Below are positions 1 to 13,870 of a DNA stretch of 64,000 bases, in pieces. Origin of the DNA: Eledone cirrhosa (taxonomy: Eukaryota); contig OZ024749.1 of the NCBI GenBank assembly GCA_964016885.1, positions 38,378,001 through 38,442,000 of the forward strand, read 5' to 3'. The notes under the pieces were generated by a model, which made no database searches, had not been told where the DNA came from, and was given only the letters and a program-made list of their open reading frames with translations. A program made the position numbers and the translations under genes. The stretch's first letter is position 1. Each line of letters begins with the position of its first letter.

Positions 1-315
1 TTTCATCCTTACGGGGTCGATAAAATAAAGTACCAGTAATGCACTGGGATAATTGCTGGCCTTGTGCCAAATGTAGAAACAATTATTAGACCAGTGGATT
101 GACAGAATCGTTAGAGCGTCGGACATCGTGCTTTGCAGCATAGAGTTAGGGCCCTTTACGCTCTGAGTTGAAATCTTGCAGATGTTAGCTTTACCTTTCA
201 TCCTTACGGGGTGGATAAAATAAAGTACCAGTAATGTACTGAGGTTGATTTATTCGACTTTCCCATTCCCCCAAATTGCTGGCTTTGTGCCTCAAGTAGA
301 AACAATTATTATTAT
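1..315 (+). mobile_element. Two tandem copies of tRNA-derived SINE family 1 (first cut by window edge)
   Basis: Shared core tttcatccttacggggtcgataaaataaagtaccagtaatg and 3' end ttgctggccttgtgccaaa..gtagaaacaatta. Second copy has a B-box-like gagttgaaatc. Confidence 0.85.
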
Positions 316-1734
316 CATCATCATCGTCACCATCATCATCCTCATCGACGTCACCATCATCATTATGATTATCATTTTTTAGATGTTTTAATCCGACAGT
401 TCCGGAGTTCTGATTCATATGTCCTTACATATTATAATGTATGTGTGTGAATGTGTGAAAGAGAGTGTTCATGTGTGTGTGCGTATGTGGGCGTATGTGT
501 GCGTGTGTGTTCGTGTGTGCGTATGTGTGTTTGAGTGTTTGGGTATTTGTGCTTGCATATGTTCGTAACCCCAGTGTAACTAATTCAAGAAACATCAGTT
601 TGTAATAACATATGCAGACTTTACTTAATGTATTAAATACGTTTTCCACCATACACACACACATACTCAAATGCACATACACAGACACAGTGTGTACATA
701 TGTTTATGTGCTGGTATTGGTGTGTATTTAGTTCAATAAACCCTATTTAACTTGATTTATTCAAATGAAAATATTTGCTATTAACCAAAGCTCCAAAAGC
801 ATTTGCGATTCCTACGTCTTTCTCTCTCTTTTGTCCAACAACAGACGCCGTCCATTTTACTGCAATGCATATAGGATGTTTAGCTAGCTATTTACTGGTT
901 AAGTTTAGGTTAAAGTAACAGAGTAACATTTCCTATTAACCACCGGAGCATATTATATACAAGCTAACAACTGCAAACTCTAGCAGGTACCTTTCTCGTG
1001 AAACATAACAGACACGTCTAATATTTGAACTGACAATTTAAGTATGTGTAAACTCTGACCAGTAACTGCAAAAGAATTACTGAACAAAGGCGATACAACG
1101 ATGGCGAAATAGGTGCGGAGAATACGGGTGGGGTATATATTTTAAAAAAGCAACAACTAAACTCTTTACACAAGAGGATAGAAAACTTTGCAAACAAGAG
1201 GATAGAAAATAGCGGACTTAACACCGAGATTTTCTTACGATTAACAAATGTTACGATAGTTCATGTTAAGTCATAAAACTGGAGAGGCATAAAGAGACGA
1301 AACGATGCTTTTCGACAATGCAAACATCATTAAAATCCCTTTCAATCAGTGTTTATGAAGATTTCGCTACAGTGAATGTTTCGTGTGTAGCTTTGTATGA
1401 AAATCGCTAACAAGATCAACTCCATAGAATACAATCAAAGACTTTGCTTCTATAGATTCTGGTTTGTTTGAATAGACACTAATAGAATACGATTTCCTAG
1501 TTTAGTGGTGTATCTAAAGTTAACGTTCGTTTCTATACTGTAACTCCCATCAAAATATACCAGCAGATACAACTTTACAAACAAGCAGACGATCGATAAA
1601 TTCAAATGTTTGCCGCCACCGTTGTCATGTTAAAATGGAGTCGAAGCTAATGGGAGGATTGTAAGCTGCGGTCTGATGCCTGTATCTAATATAAATATAT
1701 ACTACACCCGCACGCAGGCATTATATTTATATAT

Positions 1735-1768
<34 letters not shown>

Positions 1769-1912
1769 ATAGAATATGTAGAATATCTCAACCCCACAGT
1801 TGATTGCTGTAAATTGTAGCTTAAAATACACCTATAGACGGAAAAACGTGACCAGAAGCCTGGCCTCTTAAATTTCAGCTGAGTGCTCTGTATCAATGAG
1901 CGAAACGTTCCT

Positions 1913-1964
<52 letters not shown>

Positions 1965-2097
1965 TCATGTGTATGTATGTATAGGGACTGTCCTGTGTTT
2001 CTCCGTTTTTGTATTGTCTTCACTCAATTTTTTTTTAATTAGTCTAATAAAATCTTAACTGCGGGAGACATTCTTTCAAATATATATATATATGTGC

Positions 2098-2138
<41 letters not shown>

Positions 2139-2410
2139 TAATTTATATCCTGTCTTTTAGAATACGTACGTTGTAGTGATATATGTGCACATACTTAGCT
2201 GCCTATAGTTATACACACATTATACACACACATAGCTGCCTGCACTTCCACATTCATGGACATATTAATCTACAGTAACATAGTCACATAAGAGAAGACC
2301 TAGAGTTGGTTAACAGTTGTCCTTGCAATCAATATACCTCAAGGAACCATATTACTATCATAGCTATTATTTCAAGCACGGAAAGGCAACAGACATCAGT
2401 ATCTGTATTC

Positions 2411-3150
2411 TGGTGGATAAAGTGGCGTTCATTGTTTAGTTACACCCAGTTACATTCCCGGTTCGAATTCTTCGAAGGTCAAGTTCGACCTCCATCTTTC
2501 CGTGGTCAATTTATTTTGGACCAGTGTGTCAAGGCACCAGTATATGATTGAGGTCGATAGAGTAGATTTAATATTCTGTACACCTCATATCTACACATAG
2601 TGACATAGTTAGTTGAGCATCGGATAAAATACCTTGTAGTATTTAGTTATGTCCCTTCACATTTTGAATTTAAATCTCACCGAGGTAAACTTTGATCTCC
2701 ATCTATCCAGTGTCATTAAAATAAATACCAGTCATATACTGGGGTTTATAAATTGGTTGGCTAAAATGTTTCTCTTATTATTAATTAGTCTGTACATTGT
2801 TAGTATCGGTAGAGAATCGGGCGCCATGCTTTGCAGCATAGTTACGACCCTTTATGGTCTGAGTTCAAATCCGGCCGAGGTTAACTTTGCTTTTCATCCT
2901 TTCGGGGTCGATAAAATAAAGTACCAGTAATGCACTGGGATAATTGCTGGCTTTGTGCCAAAAGTAGAAACAATCATTATCCTTTTTGTTATGGCTCTTT
3001 CATTCTCTCAGTTCAAATCTCGCCGTGGTCAACTTTGTCTCATTGTTACGTGATCAATAAAATAAAGTAGCAATTAAGTACTGAACCTGAACTAATCGAA
3101 TTTCCTCAAACACTAAAAGGGATGACTTCGTGCCTAAATTAGAATATTAC
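2411..3150 (+). mobile_element. Cluster of about four tandem SINE family 1 copies of differing age (best copy 2800-2980)
   Basis: Repeated gttcaaatc/gttcgaatt B-box followed by ccgaggtyaacttt and the ttcatcc...taccag core. Confidence 0.75.
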
Positions 3151-3199
3151 TATTAATATTATTTTTTTTATTCTCCTTAGCATTTGGATGTTGATTTGC

Positions 3200-3480
3200 C
3201 AGTATTTGGATTGTAAGATATCATGCTGTCTTCTGCTGACTTAGGTATATCTAACAAGTTTCCTACGGTTTTTACTGTGCCAACCAATCAAGCCTTGTGT
3301 AGAGACAAGACATTCATTTTTATATCCAACATATTGAACCACACATTCAAACTTCTACCCATTGTCGCTAAGTCTCCTAATACAAAATTGCAGCAATTCC
3401 ATATTCACTGTATTTTGTATTTCAAATCTTGGTACTTTTCGATTTCCTCGCGTTCTTTGTCTGTCACTTTAGTATCATTA
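3200..3480 (-). pseudogene. R4/Dong-type non-LTR retrotransposon C-terminal (RLE) fragment
   Basis: Translation KEREEIEKYQDLKYKIQ*...LHKAWLVGTVKTVGNLLDI resembles the KE.EK..KY.DL and LQKA.LLGTA.ILR.VL tail. Abuts an (ATT)n-like tract. Confidence 0.65.
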
Positions 3481-4630
3481 TTATCATTATTATTGTTATA
3501 CGTGAAGATTAGACAAAAGAAGCATTGAATCGTATGAAATAGAATTTTCTGAGTGAAATCTTCACAATCAATTCGATCTTTGTAAAACCAACTTTTTTTT
3601 CTATTATAACTCTGAGTATTCCCTAGAAATGTTAAACAGAAGGAATGTTTATAATTGGTTGTCAAAGTTAATTGAAAGAAAATGTAAAATGGCAACTCTT
3701 TCAGCAACGAATAAACTAAAAGAAAGATTTATTATTCATTCATCAATTCCCTCTGCTTCTCTTTTCTTCTCTGAAAAATATCTCGATCGAATAATGAAAG
3801 AAAGAGGCGTTTTAAATGGCAGCCATTTTGAATTAGTGTTGCTGTGTGAAGCCAATGACTATATGTAGAGTATAAGGAGGGGGGAGGAAGAAAAAACACG
3901 AACACACACACACATATCGAACAATCAACATAATTTCTAGTCATTCGCTTTTCAATTTCCGAACATAAAGCAATATGATAAAATATTTTATTCGTGTAAT
4001 TAGTAAAGAAGTGTGTTAAAATTTTGAACAATGGCGTCGAGTTATTGAATTCTAAAGCAGAACAGAAGCGTTTTGTGCTTCTTAACTAATAATTTTAACG
4101 AATTCATTTCAAGTGTAATATTTCCTGAAAGATTAAGATGCTAGCAATATCCTGCTTTTAAATGTCCATTTATTGACGAAAAGAATTTCTAACACGAAAT
4201 ATTGAAATTTGCTCGGAATTCGTTAAACTCAATCAAATATTCTATTCGACTACATTGAAATATAATCGTAAAAACAAACAACAACAGCAAAAAAGAACTG
4301 ACATGACCACAGACAAATTAAGAGGCACTTATTTGATAATTGAAGAAATTTCGTTGCCAACAAATCCCGTTCGCGCAAATTGCATGTAATTATTACAATT
4401 TGATAAATGGAAATTACGTTTCGTTTCGCTTCGTTTGGGGTTTTTATCTTCTGTTTGTTAATTAAACAGTGTTAAGCAAGTATGCACCATTTCAGAAAAT
4501 AACTTCTGAGAGGTGAATGATGGATAGCAGGTGGGGGGGATATATAAGGGGATAAGTGTTTTCTGACAAGTGTCAGTTCAAATCACTCATCTGGAAATTA
4601 ACTTTGGAATGGATTTCATATAATGTAATT

Positions 4631-4820
4631 AATTGTTTCTACTATTGGCACAAGGCCAGCAATTATATCAGTGCATTACTGGTACTTTATTTTATCGACC
4701 CCGTAAGGATGAAAGGCAACGTTAACCTCGGCGGGATTTGAACTCAGACCGGCAAAGGGACGTAACTATGCAGGAAAGCATGGCGTCCGACCCTCTACCG
4801 ATACTGCCAATCCACCGCCC
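4631..4820 (-). mobile_element. Full-length SINE family 1 copy
   Basis: Reverse complement starts gggcggtggattggcagtatcggtagag (A-box-like), then gagttcaaatcccgcc (B-box) and the conserved core. Confidence 0.9.
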
Positions 4821-5101
4821 TTATAATGTAATTAATATAGCATACATACTATATGGATACACACAAACATACACATACATGCACACACAGACACACACAC
4901 AGACACACACATATGTATATATATGTGTGTGTGTGTGTGTGTGCTATAAGATATATACTATACGGACAAATGTATTACATAAGATATAAACTATACGGAT
5001 ATATAAATAACATATATAAACTAGTTGGGCGCATACATGGTTGAGGGATCAAGGACTTTATGAGGAAATGTGTTCTACTATAACATCTAGTTGATCAATG
5101 T

Positions 5102-5139
<38 letters not shown>

Positions 5140-5164
5140 TAATTTTTTTAATTATAATACTCAA

Positions 5165-5210
5165 CATTTGATAAGATGAATTTTAATAATACATCGAAAC
5201 CGGTAATACT
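5165..5210 (+). ncRNA. Degenerate minimal hammerhead motif
   Basis: ttgataa-gatg...catc-gaaa-ccgg-ta. Core is mutated relative to CUGAUGA; lies just after a (TA)n tract. Confidence 0.35.
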
Positions 5211-5349
5211 TTATATACTTTATAAAACTCTTTTTAAAAAGAATTGTCCTGCCTCATTTAATCACTAGTGTTACTTTGACGAAAATAAGAAAATAAAAGA
5301 AAAACAGACCCTAAAATATATTTTCCGTGTTATTTCCAACTTCATCTTT

Positions 5350-5479
<130 letters not shown>

Positions 5480-5900
5480 TGTGTGTGTGTGTGCCCTTCC
5501 AGTAACTTAGCAGTTTGACAAAAAGAGATCGATAAAAAATATCTACTTTGCAGGTTATAGATACAAAACCAAATAATTGTAGAACATTTTCCCGTATGTG
5601 CAAAAAAACAAATGTAGTTGACGATGTTATTGTACTTGTATGTGTTGTTATAGTGACTATTCTTGATGTTATTGTTGTCATTGTTGTTATTGCTATTGTT
5701 GCGCTTGTCATTGTTATTGTTGTTGTTGTTGTTGGATAGGTTTCTCCAATCTGTCTCTCTATACAGTAAGACATTACTTCAGATATTAAAATGTTATTTT
5801 ATTTTATTTCCTTATCTGTTCAATGTATCTTTAGTTTTCCTTGTCTTTGTTTATGTTTAATTCAATAATGCGAGATCGGGGTTAGAAATCTACATGTTTC

Positions 5901-6430
5901 ACACACCACCACCACCACCACTAGTACTTACACCACCACTAGCACCACCACCACTAGTACTTACACCACCACTAGCACCACCACCACTAGTACTTACACC
6001 ACCACTAGCACCACCACCACTAGTACTTACAACACCACTAGCACCACCACCACTAGCACCACCACCACTAGCACCACCACCACTAGTACTTACAACACCA
6101 CTAGCACCAACACCACTACCACCAACACCACTAGCACCACCACCACTAGCACCACCACCACTAGCACCACCACCACTAGTACTTACAACACCACTAGCAC
6201 CAACACCACTAGCACCAACACCACTAGCACCACCACCACTAGCACCACCAACACCACTAGCACCAACACCACTAGCACCAACACCACTAGCACCACCACC
6301 ACCACTAGCACCAACACCACTAGCACCAACACCACTAGCACCAGCACCATGACCAGTACCACCACCATTGTCATCACCACCACCGCCATTCTCATCACCA
6401 GCACAATCAGCACCATCACCAATACCACAA
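5901..6430. repeat. ACC-based compound minisatellite (accactagc / accactagtactt variants)
   Basis: Direct tandem repetition visible; produces the Pro-rich and Gly-rich pseudo-ORFs. Confidence 0.95.
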
Positions 6431-6624
6431 GCGGGAGAGAGGGGGAGAGAGAGAGAGAGAAAGAGAGAGACAGGTTGAGAGATAGTTAGAAGGAGAAGGG
6501 CAGAGGAGAGATACAAAGTGAGTAGGAGAGGAGGAGAGCGTGATTGAGGGTGAAGGTGTTCCAACTCTTACCTTTCAGTTGTTTTGCTTACGTTGTATGT
6601 CTTTATGAGTCTCTGTATATATAT

Positions 6625-6673
<49 letters not shown>

Positions 6674-6748
6674 ATCTCACTCTCTCTCTATATATATATA
6701 TGTGTGTGTATGTGTGTGTGTGTGTGTATGTATATCTAGCTCACTCTC

Positions 6749-6779
<31 letters not shown>

Positions 6780-7045
6780 ATATATATATCTCACTCTCTA
6801 TATATATATATATGGCTGTGTGTGTGTGTGTACGTGTTTCTCTGTGTGTATATAGGGGGTGTTGTCCTATTAAGAGTTCACTCCCCTTTACATATATGTC
6901 CACCCATCCACCATCCAAACATTTACAAACAGATTAAATAGATACCAGAAAATTGAAAAATATTCTAATCGATTTTCAAAGCCAATCAACAAACGGTCCG
7001 ATTAATCTCTGATTTTACATTTACTTTCTGATAGTATTTTTATTT

Positions 7046-7132
<87 letters not shown>

Positions 7133-7234
7133 TATATAAATATCTCTCTCTATATATATATATATATATTTTATAAATATATATTATCAATTTATTTTTC
7201 TTTGGACTGTTTTTAATTTTTTATGGTTTCTTGC

Positions 7235-7267
<33 letters not shown>

Positions 7268-8168
7268 TACTACTATTACTACTTGTTATTGTTGTGCTTG
7301 TTCTGTTTTGTCTTCCATATTGTATAGAAGAATTTAGGTAAATTTTAGAAAACAATACAAAACAAAACATTTTTTTTTTTTGTTATCGGCGACTTGTTAA
7401 GCGACTTCAATTAAAGTGAGATTTATCTCAGACCCATTGTTATAGCCTGTTTTATCTTTTCTCTCTCTCTCACTCTCTCTCACTCACTCTCTCTATTTTT
7501 TTCTTTCTAGCCATCTACCTCTTTCTTTCTATCTCTAGCCCCCTCCCTTTCTCTCTCTCTCTCACTCATTCATTATATATATTTGTATGTCTGTGTGTGT
7601 GTGTGTGTGTGTGAGTACATGTTTATACTGGTATGTGTGTATTTGGCGGTAAAGGTTTGGAATGATTGATGGTAGGAGATTAATAATTCACATAGTAAAT
7701 GGCGAAAGTAAAAGTGAAAGTGAAAGTAGAAAGTGAAAGTAGAAATAACGTTGGAGAGAAAATGGCAAACAATAGAAAACAATAATGCCGCTTTTATTAC
7801 AATAGGACGTGAAATAAAAAAGGAGGAGAAGGCAGAGGGGAAGAGAGATAGAAGTATGGGGTAAAGAGGGTGAATCGGTAGTGTTAATGCTTTTTTCAAA
7901 GGCCCATTATTACGAGTGAAAGCATTTTCTATTGGTTGTGTATAATTACTTAGCTTTTATATGTGGCTTCTAAATCATCATTTCTCTCATTTCCCGGGGA
8001 CATTTGCCTCTGATGATTACACCATTTCTCAAACAAGCTTTTGTGATCTTCTTTCTCATTTAGGGGAATGCCGGATCTATAACCATGATGAGTTGGTCAA
8101 AAACAATGGACTGGTAGCGCAACAATATAATATGCCACGATGCGGTGTTTAATACCATCTATATATTC

Positions 8169-8227
<59 letters not shown>

Positions 8228-8383
8228 ATACGCTTTTCAATACTAAAGATATAATACGTATATATAAGGTTGGAGTTAATACCTTTGAATATCAGATCAC
8301 TTGATCTATGAATTAAACTCACTAATTACATCTATGTGCGTGTATGTGTGTGTGCGTGCGCGCTTGCATGTATGTATATATAT

Positions 8384-8576
8384 ATAGGAACAAGTATGAC
8401 CCCGACGGCAGAGCTCAAGCCGTTTCGACGGCTATTGTCTAGAAATAGCCGTCGAAACGGCTTGAGCTCTGCCGTCGGTGTCATACTTGTTCCTATTACC
8501 CACTCTACTACACTAAGTATTGAGTACTTTGGTGCGTTATGGTCCATCTGGTTCCTTACCACAATTCCTTTGTTAT
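8384..8576 (+). mobile_element. TA-nested fold-back element family A (113-bp palindrome plus 80-nt tail) with hammerhead 3' half
   Basis: 8384-8496 is self-complementary around tctaga. Contains gaaa-cggc-ttgagctct-gccg-tc (stem III plus GUC). Homologous to 10929, 11770, 47792 and 53770. Confidence 0.85.
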
Positions 8577-8710
8577 GTGTGGGGGGGGGTGCGTGCGTAG
8601 CAGGATATATATGTAGTCAAATCAAAGATTAATGTTATCTTGTGTGTATGGAAATTGCTGTAGAACCGAGTTTGAACATTTTATTTGATCAGCACAATAT
8701 TTTATATTTC

Positions 8711-8784
<74 letters not shown>

Positions 8785-9239
8785 TTTATTTATTTATTTA
8801 AACCTTTAGTTTGTTTAATAAATCATGAAAGCTGGGGTGGAGGGACCCAATGATCTCTACAGGTCCTCACCAACCGATGCGATTTATGATAACCTCTTAT
8901 ACCCAGCCTAAACTACATTCGCTGGCCAATGCAATGACTTCAAATATGAGATAAAGCAACTTTGCTATTCATATATTTCACTTCTATAAACTAACAGAAC
9001 TGTATTGAAATGACCTAAACTAACATTACAGTCTCTACCTTTAAAGAATGACCATTTTGCTTTGTCAAGCATTGTGTAAATAATGTGGTGAGTGTTCGGG
9101 AAATTTCTCATCCAAGGTTCTAACATGTATTATATTTATGTCTTAATTTTAGTCTTTAGCTTTGACTAAACCCTGTAAGGCAAATGCATTTAATTTCGTT
9201 TGTCAATGACAAGAATTAACAGTTTACAATTATATGAAT

Positions 9240-10190
9240 AATTAGATCCATGGAAATATTTGACGCTGAAATGTATATATTCCCGGGTTCTCGTGTAATG
9301 ATATAATTTTTAGCCGCTAAATTTGAATAGATCTTTTATTACACACTATAGATAGGATTACTTTTGTTATCAATTTCGTGGTTTAATGTTTTAGACATAT
9401 GTGAACCAGTTGAACTGTGGAAATAATTCACACGGAAACGTCTACATTTTTGGCTTCTAAAGTATGAACATAACATTAACCATTAGATTTGACATGGATA
9501 CATTTGTTATCAACTTTCTGGCTTAATGATTCACAATATATGAACCAAATGCATATATTCCAAGTGTTTAAAGTAATTTCCCCGCTTCATTTCACAAGAC
9601 GCTGCATTCCATATATGACTAACTTTATTACCAGTGCCAACATTTTATACAATATATCAACCATTGGATCGGCGGATATTTTTTATACAGAAGTGCATTA
9701 CTGGTTTCCTATATAAAACAATTCTCTACACTAATTTTAACTAAACCCTTTATTGCAAACATGGTTACTACTCTTTCATACTTCAACCCATGAGGTAATG
9801 TTTTATAGAAATGAAAATATTAGATTCAAAGAAATATTTACCACAGAAGTGTCTACGTCTTTGTTTTCTAAATGATCACTAGAGGGGACTAGATACTTTG
9901 TTGTAAATATAGAAAATGTCTACTTTTCTCATACATGCCAACCTTCATTCTTCTATAGTTATGTGAGACACAGGATTCATGGAAATATTTCCCACAGAAG
10001 TGTATACAACTTTGATTCCTAAAAGACTCTAAGACTTAACTAGATTCTATGTTATAAATATGGAAAATGGCTACTTTTGTCACCCATGCTAAACTTTATT
10101 GTTCTATGGTTATGTGCGGTACTGGATTCGTGGAAATATTTTACACAGAAGCGCTTTATACTCTTGCTTTCTTAAGCACGAATATAATCT
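9240..10190. repeat. Degenerate tandem repeat of about 150 bp
   Basis: Motif ggaaatattt....acagaagtgt recurs near 9251, 9418, 9675, 9831, 9981 and 10132. Confidence 0.6.
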
Positions 10191-10646
10191 GGATTGACAT
10201 TTTTATATTCAGTTTTGCTGCTTCAACGTATTCCAATTTTCAGTGGAAGGAAATATAAAAAGAAAAGGTGAACTTAAGATGAATATATTACATTGAAGTT
10301 ACAACCTTGACATTTACTGTTAGCTTAATCCACAATGGCAGAGGAGGATGTAAAAGGTTTTTCATTGCAATTGAAAAAGATAATACTTTATTTTTTTTTA
10401 TTATTATAATTATATTATTAGTATTACTATTATTAATATTACTACTATTATATCCATTCTTCTACGTCTTTTTTTTTCTAAATTCTCTGCACGTTATTTA
10501 CTCACTGATCCATACCACCATGACCACCAACACAACAATCGACTATTCTCCTCAACCATTATTAAATTGAACTCGGTGAATGTTTAGAATTCTTTCAGAG
10601 AATGAAGTCTTTCTAACAGAAATGTATGTGTATGTATATATGTGTG

Positions 10647-10728
<82 letters not shown>

Positions 10729-10745
10729 TATACTTATATATATAC

Positions 10746-10789
<44 letters not shown>

Positions 10790-10928
10790 TGTATATATAT
10801 ATACATATATATATATATAGAGAGATAGATAGATAGATATATAGATAGATAGATAGATAGATAGATGTATATATATATTTATTATATTATATATATATTT
10901 ATTATATGATATATATATATATATATAT

Positions 10929-11047
10929 GAAAAAGTATGACCCCGACGGCAGAGCTCAAGCCGTTTCGACGGCTATCCCACTCTACTACTGAAGTATTGA
11001 GTACTCTGGTGCGTTATGGTCCATCTGGTTCCTTACCACATTTCCTT

Positions 11048-11051
<4 letters not shown>
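10929..11051 (+). mobile_element. Family A copy: inverted arm joined directly to the tail (centre missing)
   Basis: gaaaaagtatgaccccgacggc...ggctat fused to cccactctactact...ttaccaca; (TA)n on both sides. Confidence 0.85.
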
Positions 11052-11097
<46 letters not shown>

Positions 11098-11352
11098 TAT
11101 ATATATATATATATATACTGTATATATATATATATACTGTATATATATATATATATACTGTATATATATATATATACTGTATATATATATATATATATAT
11201 ACTGTATATATATATATATATACTGTATATATATATATATATACTGTATATATATATATATATATACTGTATATATATATATATATACTGTATATATATA
11301 TATATATACTGTATATATATATATATATACTGTATATATATATATATATATA

Positions 11353-11420
<68 letters not shown>

Positions 11421-11486
11421 GAATACAGACCGAGAGACATGCAGAGGAACAGAGAGGGAGAGAGAGAGAGAGAAAGAGAGAAAGAA

Positions 11487-11520
<34 letters not shown>

Positions 11521-11769
11521 GGAGAGGGGGAGAGAGAGAGAGAGAATGCGTAGGACGTGACATGTATCATTTGTATGGGAAACTATTGAATCTGCAATGA
11601 AAAGATCTTTGGGGGATTCGGTGCAATGAAACCACGTGATCAACACATCAAGACTACACCTTTATGATATTACACCTTGTACATCTGAGAAAATTACACA
11701 GGTATGCATATATGCACGAATGCACACATACATACTTACGCATATATATATATAAACATATATATATAT

Positions 11770-11940
11770 ATAGGAAAAAGTATGAGCCCGACGGCAGAGC
11801 TCAAGCCGTTTCGATGGCTATTTCTGGAGTCCAGAAATAACCGTCGAAACGGCTTGAGCTCTGCCGTTGAGGTCATACTTTTTCCTATTTCCCACTCTGG
11901 TGCGTTATGGTCCATTTGGGTCCTTACCACAATTCCTTTG

Positions 11941-11943
<3 letters not shown>
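11770..11943 (+). mobile_element. Family A copy with palindrome of about 119 bp
   Basis: Palindrome 11770-11888 centred on ctggagtccag; same tail; (TA)n flanks. Confidence 0.85.
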
Positions 11944-11975
<32 letters not shown>

Positions 11976-11976
<1 letters not shown>

Positions 11977-12105
11977 GATATTAAATAAATGGAAACTATA
12001 TTTATAAAACCATATTTATTTCATTATATATATTTCAGGGATATCATATTAAAAATATGGTATGCCTTCATCAGACAAAATACAATATAAACAGTCTTAT
12101 AAATA
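11976..12105 (-). ncRNA. TA-nested family B island with hammerhead ribozyme motif
   Basis: Minus strand tattttgt-ctgatga-agg...cct-gaaa-tatata-ta-atgaaata. Homologous to 32420, 32840 and 54193. Confidence 0.75.
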
Positions 12106-12122
12106 GATAGATATATATATAG

Positions 12123-12203
<81 letters not shown>

Positions 12204-12263
12204 GACAGACAGAGAGAGACAGAGAGAGACGGGCAGATATACAGTTAGATAGATAGATATATT

Positions 12264-12354
<91 letters not shown>

Positions 12355-12591
12355 TGATAGACAGACAGACAGACAGATAGATACTTAGATAGAAGCCTGA
12401 TACTTACTGTACTCGATAACTCTTCTGTATTGAGATAGGAATGAGCTGAGGTCGTAGTAAATCATCAGGTCCCAGGGTGGTTTTATAACAGGTGTGAATA
12501 GATCGACAAATGCCCTGTAAAGTGAAAGAAATTAAAAATGAGTTGCTGTTATTGATAACGTCATTGAACATAGCATAGTTTGAACACAAAA

Positions 12592-12623
<32 letters not shown>

Positions 12624-12644
12624 ACACACACACTCATATATACA

Positions 12645-12856
12645 TATGTGAGAAAAGCCACAGACCCTCCATCTCAACTCTACTTTTGAAAAGCAGAAGA
12701 ACTGCGAAACCGGTAAAGGAACCAAATAAATATATATATTTTTTTTAAAATAAGACTCCAGTTGCATTTTCGATTTCATCTTTTTTTCTTTATACTTTCA
12801 CTCGTGTATGACACCTCGGTTATTTTTGATTTTGTAAAAAAAACCTCACTTTCTAA
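12645..12856 (+). mobile_element. TA-nested family D copy (hammerhead 3' half gaaa-ccgg-ta)
   Basis: Near-identical to an arm of the palindrome at 42656-43048. Confidence 0.8.
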
Positions 12857-12904
12857 TATATATATATATATATGTGTGTGTATATATGTATATATATATA
12901 TATA

Positions 12905-12961
<57 letters not shown>

Positions 12962-12989
12962 GTGTATGTGTGTGTGTGTGTGTGTGTGT

Positions 12990-13178
12990 ATCCCGGGTTC
13001 AATCGGGAGGTAACCACAGTAAGTAAGGTACTCAATACATAGCGGAGTATAAATATTTAATATAGAAATGTATTCTACAGGACTAGAATTGTTTCATTCG
13101 AAGGAAATCATCAGAAAAGCCTGATGATTTCCATCGAATGAAACAGTTCCAGTCTTGTAAGAAGACATTTCTATATAT
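12990..13178 (-). mobile_element. TA/TG-nested family E fold-back element with hammerhead motif in each arm
   Basis: Imperfect palindrome 13060-13175, loop aaaagc; ctgatga at 13121 and tcatcag at 13108. Tail matches the reverse complement of 55640-55702. Confidence 0.8.
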
Positions 13179-13191
13179 TATATATAGAGAG

Positions 13192-13228
<37 letters not shown>

Positions 13229-13461
13229 TTAGTTTAGACTAGTTGATAACACAACCATATAAGGCAAAGAATAATTCAAAGCTCAAATATGATTTCATAG
13301 CTGTTTGGACAACGTTTGTAATTATGATATTTATATTGTTTAATAGATTCTGAGGAAATCAGTACAGAGGAAATAAATGGAATCTCTTACTGTATCGATA
13401 GAAAAGTTCGTACATCAATTAAATAATTTAATGTAATTAAATCGTGGTTATCTTTATCATA

Positions 13462-13650
13462 GGGCGGTGGTTTGGCAGTATCGGTAGAGCGTCAGACACC
13501 ATGCTTTGCAGCATAGAGCTATGGCCCTTTGCGTTCTGAGTTCAATTCCGCCGAGGTTAAGTTTGCCTTTCATCCTTACGGGGTCGATAAAGTGAAGCAC
13601 CAGTAATACACTGGAGTATTCGCTGGCTTTGTGCCAAAAGTTGATACAGT
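13462..13650 (+). mobile_element. Full-length SINE family 1 copy
   Basis: gggcggtggtttggcagtatcggtagagc...gagttcaattcc...ttcatccttacggggtcgataaa. Confidence 0.9.
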
Positions 13651-13719
13651 TATCTTTATCATGGCCAAGTCAGTCTCTCCTCTACACACCACTGTTGTTG
13701 TCCTAGGGAAAGAAATGGC

Positions 13720-13870
13720 CAGTACAGTTTTGTACCAGTGACGCTGAAACTCGTTTCATTAGAGCATCAGCAAGTAAAGTGGTTTGCTCAAGAACACAAC
13801 GCACACCCGGTCTGTGATTCGTACTCACAACCTTACGATTGTGAACTCAATGCTCCAAACCACTAGGCCA
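13720..13870 (-). mobile_element. Older tRNA-derived SINE family 2
   Basis: Minus strand tggcctagtggtttggagc (A-box) ...gagtacgaatc (B-box), then gttgtgttcttgagcaaaccacttt. Similar head at 33500-33615. Confidence 0.6.

Noticed and set aside
1020-1690. Possible decayed RT or host exon (LYKQAD word near 1575)
   Set aside because: Multiple stops and no convincing motif series.
5894-6564. Extensin-like Pro-rich and Gly-rich ORFs
   Set aside because: Products of an ACC-based minisatellite; no splice context or unique domain.
8384-8496. pre-miRNA hairpin
   Set aside because: Multi-copy with a variable centre and an embedded hammerhead half; better explained as a mobile-element fold-back, though small-RNA production is not excluded.
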